This document shows positions 56,648 to 64,000 of a DNA stretch of 64,000 nucleotides, piece by piece (position 1 is the first letter of the stretch; every line of letters begins with the position of its first letter). The DNA is from Candidatus Omnitrophota bacterium (GTDB lineage Bacteria > Omnitrophota > Gorgyraeia > Gygaellales > Profunditerraquicolaceae), in assembly GCA_963805065.1 (NCBI GenBank), contig CAWDSS010000010.1, positions 792,359 to 856,358 on the forward strand. Reading direction: 5' to 3'. The translations under genes were made by a program, and so were the position numbers. The notes below the pieces were generated by a model. It worked only from the letters and a program-made list of their open reading frames with translations, was not told where the DNA came from and made no database searches.

Positions 56648-57660
56648 ATGAAAATAGCAGTTATTGGCGCAGGCGCGATAGGCAGTGTTGTCGCCGGATA
56701 TTTAAAGCTACAAGGCGAAGATGTTTGTTTGATAGGCCATGCCGATTCTATTAAAGCCATTAAACAACAAGGATTGCACATATCCGGGGTGCGCGGAGAT
56801 TTTGATATAAAACTCAACGCCTATGATAAGCTTGAGACTCAGCCTGATTTAGTAGTTTTGGCAGTAAAGACACAAGACCTTGATGCCGCCTGTAATGATA
56901 ATATAAGCTTCATTAAGAACTCAACAAATTTAACTACGCAAAACGGTATTCAGGCTGATAATATAGTCGCTAAATATGTCCCCAAACAGCGTATAATTTC
57001 TAGCATCGTAATGTTTGGCTCTACTTATTTAGAGCCCGGTAAAGTCGTGCATAATTTTGAAGGCAGCTGGATTCTGGGCAAAATGTTTAATGAAAAGCCC
57101 GGCAAAGAACTAATCGAAATTTCCCGGGTTCTCGATAAAGCATTTCCTACGATTATAAGCGAAGATTTAGAAGGCATGAAATACCTTAAGATTTTTGTTA
57201 ATGCCAATAACTGCATCCCGGCGATATTGGGATTAAGTATGCAGGATGCCTTTAAAGACCCCGATATGAGCAAGATAAGCATTGATATCTGGAAAGAAGG
57301 CTGGGATATAGTTTCTCAAAGCAGGGATAAAATTAGTTTCCCTGCCGGGTTTTCCCGTGGAGAATATTACAAAGTTAACCTCTATGCCTTCCATAGAAGC
57401 CGCCAAAATCTTTTCAGGAATTATGTCCGAGCTTAAGCAAAGAGCCTCTCTATGGCTCAATTTTACAAAGTATAAAGAGGAACCGGGTTTCCGAAATTGA
57501 TTATATTAACGGAGAATTCGTAAGGCTGGCAAAAAATTCAGGATTAGCTGCGCTCCTGAATAAGAAATTGGTTGAGATGGTGCATAAAGTTGAAACAGCT
57601 AATAGATTCTTCAGCAAAGAAGAGCTGCTGAACAATACGAAAGGATTAATTAATGAGTGA
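56648..57660 (+). pseudogene. 2-dehydropantoate-2-reductase (PanE/ApbA) family oxidoreductase, frame broken near 57320 and 57437
   Basis: N-terminal MKIAVIGAGAIGS. After ..DIVSQ the +1 frame reads AGIKLVSLPGFPVENITKL..SEL. A further +1 frame then reads SKEPLYGSILQSIKRNRVSEIDYINGEFV...INE*. Confidence 0.7.
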
Positions 57661-58249
57661 AGTTAATACGCCGTTTCCTAAATTAAAACTTACAGTAGTT
57701 GACGTGCAAGGCGAGTGCTATCACGGATATAAGGTCGGCGATGAGCTGATCCTGGAAGATTTTACTCACCCGCCGAAATTTTTTTGTTTGGGCCTCGCCC
57801 ATGCATTATTCCCGGTCATATATGCCTTAAGTTTCGGGGCTAAGTTTCCTTTCCGGGATAATCAGCGTTCTTTATTAGTCACCTGCCCTGACGGAGGGAA
57901 ATTAGAGTTTAAGGCAGAGATTTTAGATAAACAGGGAAAAGTAGAAACCCTCCCTAAGGATCCCAATTTCAAAGGGCCTAATCCTAAGAAAATGGTTATT
58001 GAAGTTGTAAAGGCCAAAGGAAAATGCACATTTGGTTACAAAGTAGGAGATAAATGGGAAACCCAGGGTTTAAAATGTATACCCGGATTTTGCGGAGCGG
58101 CATTTCACTCCGCGTTCCCCGCGCTGTTTGCACTAAATTTCGGCGCAAAATTTTTTTTTATGGATGATCCGGATTCCATTGATACAGTCACCTGCCCTGA
58201 TGGGGGTAATATTATTTTTAAAGTAACCCGCGCAAAGGAGCAAAAATAA
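57653..58249 (+). CDS. tandem-duplicated TIGR04076-family protein
   Basis: Two ~95-aa halves each contain C.(H/F)GYKVGD...FC......FP..(Y/F)AL.FGAKF.F.......VTCPDGG. Confidence 0.65.
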   Translation: MSEVNTPFPKLKLTVVDVQGECYHGYKVGDELILEDFTHPPKFFCLGLAHALFPVIYALSFGAKFPFRDNQRSLLVTCPDGGKLEFKAEILDKQGKVETLPKDPNFKGPNPKKMVIEVVKAKGKCTFGYKVGDKWETQGLKCIPGFCGAAFHSAFPALFALNFGAKFFFMDDPDSIDTVTCPDGGNIIFKVTRAKEQK

Positions 58250-58254
58250 TACAA

Positions 58255-59521
58255 ATGAAAAAAAGAAGAGTAGTGATAACCGGAATTGGCGTAGTTTCTC
58301 CCAATGGCATAGGTAAACATAAGGTTTGGAAGGCCATGTCCGGCGGAAAATCCGGGGTAAAACTTGTGGATGGGTTTGATGTTTCTGTATTCAATACCAA
58401 GATTGCAGCTGAGGTGAGAGATTTTGATCCTTTTAAATTAGGGCTTACTCACGAAGAAGTGATGCGTATGGATAGATACGTGCAGTTTGGGGTGGTCTGC
58501 GGGAGATATGGCGTTAAAAGACAGCGGGTTGGATTTTTCCAAAGAGGACCCCCAGCGCATCGGGGTATGCTTGGCTAATGCAATCTGCGGCACAAAATAT
58601 ATGGAAGAAGAATTTGCCTTGGTTACCGAGGATGGTAAGAATCCCATTGACCCTTCAAAGGTGCGGCCGGATCTGTATGATGCGGCAATGTTTAATACGC
58701 CCTCTATAGAAATCAGCGCAAGATACGGTTTAAAAGGAATCTGCAATACTCTTTCTACGGGTTGCACTGCCGGAACTGATTCCTTGGGATTTGGTTTAGA
58801 GACTATCCAGGATGGAGAACAGGATATCATGATCTGCGGAGCAGCAGAAGCACCGATTACCCCGATTACCTTTGGCGCATTTGACGTGGTAAATGTCTTA
58901 TCCGTGCGTAATGATGAGCCCGGAAGAAGCCAGCCGTCCCTTTGATAATAAGCGCGATGGTTTTGTCTTATCCGAGGGCGCAGGGATCTTGATTTTAGAA
59001 GAATTAAATCATGCATTAAAACGTAATGCCCATATTTATGCGGAGATCTTCGGTTTTGGCACAAGCTGCAATGCCTTTCATATGACAGACCTTCCTTCAG
59101 ACGGACGGGCAATGGCCAGTTGTATTAGCCTGGCTTTAAAAGATGCTGGATATCAAACCGCAGGAAATAGATTATATCAATGCCCATGGTTCATCCACGC
59201 GGATGAACGATATATTTGAAACCAATGCCTATAAGGCGATATTTGGCGATTACGCCTATAAACTGCCGATAAGTTCCCTTAAGTCGATGATCGGCCATCC
59301 TTTGGCAGCGGCAAATGCCATAGAGATGACCGTCTGCTCGATGATTTTTGAGAAGAATATCCTTCCTCCGACGATAAATCAGGAAGAAAAAGATCCTCTT
59401 TGCGATTTGAATTATATTCCCAATACAGGCAATACAAAAAAAAGTCAACACCATATTAAAAACCAGCAGCGGATTTTCCGGGATACATTCATCATTAGTA
59501 TTAAAGAGGTATACAGGATAA
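58255..59521 (+). pseudogene. beta-ketoacyl synthase (KS-alpha type), frame broken about 4 times
   Basis: VVITGIGVVSPNG. Active-site TGCTAG (Cys). EIDYINAHGSST (His). KSMIGHPLAAA (His). Successive +1 shifts near 58495, 58915, 59150 and at the A8 run at 59441-59448. The reconstructed end ..SSLVLKRYTG* overlaps the next ATG. Confidence 0.8.
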
Positions 59522-60750
59522 TGGAAAGAATTGCGGTTACAGGAATAGGTATAGTCAGCCCTTCAGGAATCGGCAAGCGCCAGTTTTGGGCCAATATAAA
59601 ATCGGCCGTTCTTTTGTCAAAGAAATTACCCGTTTTGACGCTTCCCAATACCCCTCGCATATCGCCGGGCAAATCGATGATTTGGAAAAATACAGCCATG
59701 TATCCGAAAGGCTGCTTAAAAAAATTGATGCCTTTTCGCACATGGCACTTGATTGCATCAGAAATGGCCTTGCAGGACGCCGGTATTGATATTAAGAATG
59801 AAGACCCGAATCTTGTAGGGATATTTTTAGGTAATGCCATCGGCGGGTGGCTTTATGCGGAAACAGAACTACGCGATTTATATATCGAAGGCCGCGAAGG
59901 AGTTTCTCCTTATATGGCTTCTGCCTGGTTTCCTGCGGCGCCTCAAGGCCAGGTTTCCATTTATTACGGGATAAAGGGTTTTAGTAAAACCGTAGTGGCT
60001 GACCGGGCCAGTTCTTCCATGGCCATAGGCTATGCGCGCAAGGTATTAAGCAAGGATAAACTGAATATGATTTTAGCAGGCGGCATGGAAGCGCCGGTGA
60101 CGCCTTACGCGCTGTTATGTTGCAATACCTACGGCGCGCTTTCTAAAAATAATTCCCATCCTGATATTGCCTACCGGCCTTTTGACAAAAAGCGCGATGG
60201 CTGCGTAATCGCAGAAGGCGCAGGCATCGTGGTTATGGAGGGTATTGCGCGCGCAAAGGCAAGAAAGGCAAATATTTTCGCTTATATTTCCGGCTACGGC
60301 ACAACCTGTGACGGAGTTGACAGGATAAATCCTGCTTCTGACGGTGTGGAATTGGCCCGCGCAATTAAAATGGCGCTTTCCGAAGCAAAGGTTTCACCCG
60401 ACGAAATAGATTACATTAGCTTCGATGGATTAGCAGTTGATATTTGGGATGATTCAGAAATAAAAGCAATAAAAAGTGTTTTTGGAAACAGGATAAAAGA
60501 TATTCCGGTGAGCTGTCCTAAATCCATGTTTGGGAATTTACTCGGGGCATCGGGTGCGGTAGATTTAATTATTACGATTCTGGCAATGGAGCATAACCTG
60601 GTGCCGCCCACCATAAATTTAGACGAACCTTGCATAAACGGCTTAAATTTCATTAAAAAACAAGCAAAAGAATATAAAATAGACAAGGCATTGATAATTT
60701 CCCGCGGAAGAGGCGGGATAAATTCCGCGCTTGTTATAGAAAAACAGTAA
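59521..60750 (+). pseudogene. KS-beta / chain-length-factor-like ketosynthase lacking the catalytic triad, frame broken twice
   Basis: MERIAVTGIGIVSPSG. The active-site position reads ADRASSS (no Cys). The His positions read SFDGLAV and SMFGNLLGA. A -1 shift near 59600 and a +1 shift near 59750 mean that ORF 59586..59789 carries the true middle segment. Confidence 0.75.
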
Positions 60751-60755
60751 TATTC

Positions 60756-60877
60756 GTGTAATGTGTAAAGTGTAATGTGTAATGCAGGTGTAATGTGTAT
60801 ATGTGTAACGGATAAAGCACTTGCATCACACAATCAAACATTACACAACGTTACACATTACACGTTAAAGTTACACA
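60756..60877. repeat. heptamer arrays (GTGTAAT)x~7 and inverted (ATTACAC)x~4 forming a long imperfect hairpin
   Basis: Read directly. It fills the intergenic gap between KS-beta and the radical SAM gene. Confidence 0.85.
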
Positions 60878-60889
60878 GAAAGGATTATT

Positions 60890-62224
60890 ATGAAAATTCT
60901 ATTTGTCATGCCAAAGGTAGGTGCTTGGGCAACTCACGGCATACATAAATCGCCGAATCAGTTATATGCGCATTGGGCCAGTTACATACGCGAACAAGGA
61001 TACCCTGATGTCGCGGTTATTGACGGCAGGGCTTATGAAATACCCATGGATCAATTAATAGAACAGGTTAAAGCCAAGAATCCCGATATCGTGGTTATGG
61101 GAGAGCAGATACATGGTTACGCCGGTTACGGGGTTTTACGCCACTTTAAAGAAGCAGCACAAAGGATTAAACAGGCGCTTCCCAAAACAAAAATCATTTT
61201 AGGCGGGCTGTGGTATTCAGCTATGCCTGTGCCGACCTTGGAAGAGAATCCCGCCGTAGATTTTGTAGTAATGGGGGAAGAGGAATCTTTTGGCGATTTA
61301 ATCAAAGCCATAGATAAAAAGAAAGACTTAAAAGACGTGGGCGGCGTTACTTCGCGCGTTGACGGTAAAATTGTCATGGGGCCGCATAAGCCCTTGATGA
61401 CTGATTTGGATAAGTTGCCTTTACCGGCCTATGATTTATTCCCTATGGATAAATATGTAGGGCACACCCATTGGAAGCCATTTGTGGACATGGTTACTTC
61501 GCGGGGCTGCCCCTCTGCCTGTACATTCTGTTATGAATGGGATCAGTTTGACCCGCGTTCCCCTTCTGATTTCCTAAAATGGCGCGCAAAATCTCCGGAA
61601 CGGGTTATTGAAGAGCTGGAATTACTGCATAAAAAATATGGAGTAAAAGTAGTGGTTATCCAGGACGACAATTTTAATGTTGACCCGGCCAGAGTCAAAA
61701 GATTTTGCGAATTAAAGAAACAAAAGAATATTCCGATCAAATGGGTTTCCTTAGGCAGGGCTGTTGATTGGGTGAATTGCGAATCAATTTTACCGCTGAT
61801 GAAAGAAACCGGGCTGTTCATGGGGGTATTTGGCATTGAGGTTACAACGCAGGAAGAGTTAAAAAGAATCGCCAAGGGCACTACCATTGATCAGATTAAG
61901 AAAACTATCGAGATTTTACGCAGGAATGATATCGCTATCGTCGCCGATATCATGATGGGTTTTGACTATGACACCGAAGCGATAATTAAACAGAGGTTTG
62001 AATTTGCCGACCAGGTTGATCCGGATGTCTTATGGATTGGCTATGTAACTCCCGCGCCGAATTCTCCGATGTGGAGGATAGCATTAAAGAAAAATTGGAT
62101 TGATCCTAAAAAGGTCGATTTTAGCACCTGGGATTTTCTCCATCCGGTTATTCCTACGGATCACCTCTCTATAGAGGAGCTGGGCCGTTTAGGCGCCTGG
62201 TGTATGCGTGAGTTTTATCTCTAA
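60890..62224 (+). CDS. B12-binding-domain radical SAM protein
   Basis: N-terminal Rossmann-like B12 domain (..VVMGEQ..ILGG..) and SRGCPSACTFC (CxxxCxxC). Confidence 0.8.
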   Translation: MKILFVMPKVGAWATHGIHKSPNQLYAHWASYIREQGYPDVAVIDGRAYEIPMDQLIEQVKAKNPDIVVMGEQIHGYAGYGVLRHFKEAAQRIKQALPKTKIILGGLWYSAMPVPTLEENPAVDFVVMGEEESFGDLIKAIDKKKDLKDVGGVTSRVDGKIVMGPHKPLMTDLDKLPLPAYDLFPMDKYVGHTHWKPFVDMVTSRGCPSACTFCYEWDQFDPRSPSDFLKWRAKSPERVIEELELLHKKYGVKVVVIQDDNFNVDPARVKRFCELKKQKNIPIKWVSLGRAVDWVNCESILPLMKETGLFMGVFGIEVTTQEELKRIAKGTTIDQIKKTIEILRRNDIAIVADIMMGFDYDTEAIIKQRFEFADQVDPDVLWIGYVTPAPNSPMWRIALKKNWIDPKKVDFSTWDFLHPVIPTDHLSIEELGRLGAWCMREFYL

Positions 62225-62362
62225 GCCCGGCAGGATAAACAGGATCATGGAGAGTAATTTTGACATTCTGGCAAAGCTTTGCTTCCAGGATGTTATGGCA
62301 GGCGTGGGAAAGTGGGAAGCAGGAGCAACCAAAGGCGAAGTGCACGTATAGCGGAGGTTGAA

Positions 62363-62599
62363 ATGGACAATAAACAAAAAATCAAAGACATCTTAGTAAA
62401 ATTATTAAAGGTAAAGCCCGAAGAATTAAAAGATGATGTGACATTGCAGGATGGTATTGGGGTTGATTCAACCGAGATGGTTGAAACAGTCATTGCCCTG
62501 GAAAAGGCGTTTGGTATGAAACTTAGCCCCAAAGAGATAACCAAGTTTTCCACCATTAGCGATATTGATAAGGTTATCCAGTCTAAAATAACCTCATGA
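62363..62599 (+). CDS. acyl carrier protein
   Basis: GVDSTEMVE phosphopantetheine-attachment (DS) motif, about 78 aa. The GGAGG SD precedes the internal ATG at 62363. Confidence 0.8.
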   Translation: MDNKQKIKDILVKLLKVKPEELKDDVTLQDGIGVDSTEMVETVIALEKAFGMKLSPKEITKFSTISDIDKVIQSKITS

Positions 62600-62678
62600 G
62601 CCCCGCACCTTCTAAATATTCAAGCGTTTTAAAATTTAGAAGGCAGGGGTATATGAATAGGAAAGAAGGTGCGGGGTG
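62598..62678 (+). repeat. ~80-nt inverted-repeat element, copy 2
   Basis: Left arm 62601-62614, degenerate middle copy 62637-62649, right arm 62664-62676. The right arm carries the SD and the GTG start of the cyclase gene. Confidence 0.8.
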
Positions 62679-63472
62679 AGAATAATTGACCTAAGTTTGC
62701 CTATTGATGAGAAGGCCTTTGAGGTCCACGCGTAGATATAGAGCGGGTTGGCCATAAAGAGGGAGTAGAAAAATTCAATCGGGTGATTATGGGTAAGACC
62801 TTGCTGGGTAAATTAAAATACGCTTTAGGCCAGCGCATAGTTAAAAAGCAAGACTTGCCTGACGAAGAATTCTTATCTCTGGAAGTTGTGCATTCTCCTG
62901 TGCACGTGGGTACTCACCTCGATTATTCATTTCACTATGGCTCTGTTTCCCAAGGGCATCCCTCTAAGACTGCAGAAGAGATCCCTCTGGAATGGTGTTA
63001 TGCTGACGCAGTTAAGCTGGATTTTTCCCAGAAAAAACCCAATGAGACAATTAATGCCAGGGATATAGATACCGCCTTAAAGAAAATAAATTATTCTCTT
63101 AAGCCAAACGATATTGTTTTATTGTATACCGGCGCGGATAAATTATACGGGACGCCGGCATATTTTGCTGATTATCCCGGCATAGATACCTCTTCCATAG
63201 ATTATTTCCTAGATAGGGGAATTAATATTTTTGGCGTGGATACCATGGGCATAGACAGGCCTTACAGATTTATGCTCAAGGAATTCCTGGAGAAAAAAGA
63301 TCCAAAATTATTATACCCCGCGCATTTTTACGGGAGAAAAAGAGAATTTATCCATATAGAAAGATTGGCTAATTTAGATAAGCTGCCTGATTTTGGTTTT
63401 AAGGTAATTTGTTTCCCGGTAAAAATTAAAAACACAGGCGCTGCCTGGTCAAGAGTGGTGGCAATAATATGA
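62676..63472 (+). pseudogene. putative cyclase (kynurenine-formamidase-like, PF04199-type), frame broken near 62733
   Basis: GTG-RIIDLSLPIDEKAFEVHA* is the typical family N-terminus. The sequence continues in another frame as DIERVGHKEG...HSPVHVGTHLD (HxGTHxD metal motif). Confidence 0.7.
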
Positions 63473-63549
63473 ATTTAATCCCTCGCAGGCGATAAGATAA
63501 CAACTTATGCTCGGGATCAATTTCCCGGCAACCAAGAGAGGAGAAATTG

Positions 63550-63996
63550 ATGGGTCATACATGTAACTCTATAATAATCAATGCTCCGTACGAATTAATT
63601 TTTAATATTTCTAACGATATCCCCCGCTGGACGGAATTATTCGGGGATGAATACAAGAAGGCAGAGATAGTAAAAAAAGAAGGGAATAAGATTACTTTTC
63701 GCCTGACGGATGATGAAGGAAAATCCTGGCAGTCCTGGCGCCTTTTGTTTAAAGAAAAATATTTTGCCTACGCTGAAAGAGAAGACCCGAAATTCCCCTT
63801 TAAATTCATGAAGATTATCTGGCTTTACACGCCAAGGCCAGAAGGGACAGAGTTAACCTGGATACAGCATTTTGAAATGGATGAGAAGGCCAAGTTTAAT
63901 GACGAGCAGGTAGAAGGATTTATTAATAGTCATTCTAAAGATAACTTAAAAATATTTAAACAAGTCATAGAAAAGGCAGCAAAGGAGGCAAAATGA
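63550..63996 (+). CDS. SRPBCC-fold polyketide cyclase/aromatase-like protein
   Basis: About 148 aa. ..INAPYELIFNISNDIPRWTELF.. is the START/Polyketide_cyc2 N-terminal pattern. Another ORF starts at 63993 and runs off the window. Confidence 0.6.
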   Translation: MGHTCNSIIINAPYELIFNISNDIPRWTELFGDEYKKAEIVKKEGNKITFRLTDDEGKSWQSWRLLFKEKYFAYAEREDPKFPFKFMKIIWLYTPRPEGTELTWIQHFEMDEKAKFNDEQVEGFINSHSKDNLKIFKQVIEKAAKEAK

Positions 63997-64000
63997 CAGA

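Noticed and set aside
59586-59789. 67-aa ORF as a separate small gene
   Set aside because: Its sequence (GRSFVKEITRFDASQYPSHIAGQIDD...) is the expected continuation of KS-beta between two compensating frameshifts.
58255-60750. Programmed ribosomal frameshifting as the explanation for the KS gene frame changes
   Set aside because: There are six shifts in both directions within 1.5 kb. Most lack a slippery heptamer or a downstream stimulatory structure. Indels, whether real or assembly-derived, are far more parsimonious.

Overview
This 64-kb window is from a fairly AT-rich bacterial chromosome. I found no rRNA, tRNA or CRISPR array. Most of it is plus-strand housekeeping and accessory operons: pabB-pabC, a truncated hypF with hypC-hypD, a distant hypE, purH-folC-mnmE-folE, an EF-G paralog, and accA.

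Five things stand out.

1. An integrative element of about 11.8 kb (40279-52048) splits the comM/yifB gene. It is bounded by a 12-bp direct repeat and carries a large serine recombinase. Its cargo is a candidate defence cassette (ORC/Arch-type ATPase, a Zn-ribbon adenine methyltransferase fused to a nuclease-like C-terminus, and a multi-pass membrane protein), a SpoVG-like plus P-loop replication-type module, XRE regulators and lipoproteins.

2. A type II PKS-like cluster occupies 55.7-64 kb. It contains a PadR regulator, a tandem TIGR04076 protein, KS-alpha, a catalytically dead KS-beta/CLF, a B12 radical SAM enzyme, an ACP, a cyclase and an SRPBCC aromatase/cyclase.

3. A GC-rich, highly structured non-coding region of about 330 nt (5419-5748) does not match any RNA family I can recognise.

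4. Heptanucleotide tandem arrays recur across the window. Some sit in-frame inside hypF and folC. Others form inverted A-rich/T-rich array pairs that encode two signal peptides.

5. About 12 frame disruptions are confined to two accessory operons, and those two operons also share a promoter motif.

All functional calls rest on motifs read by eye from the translated ORFs. No database search was possible.
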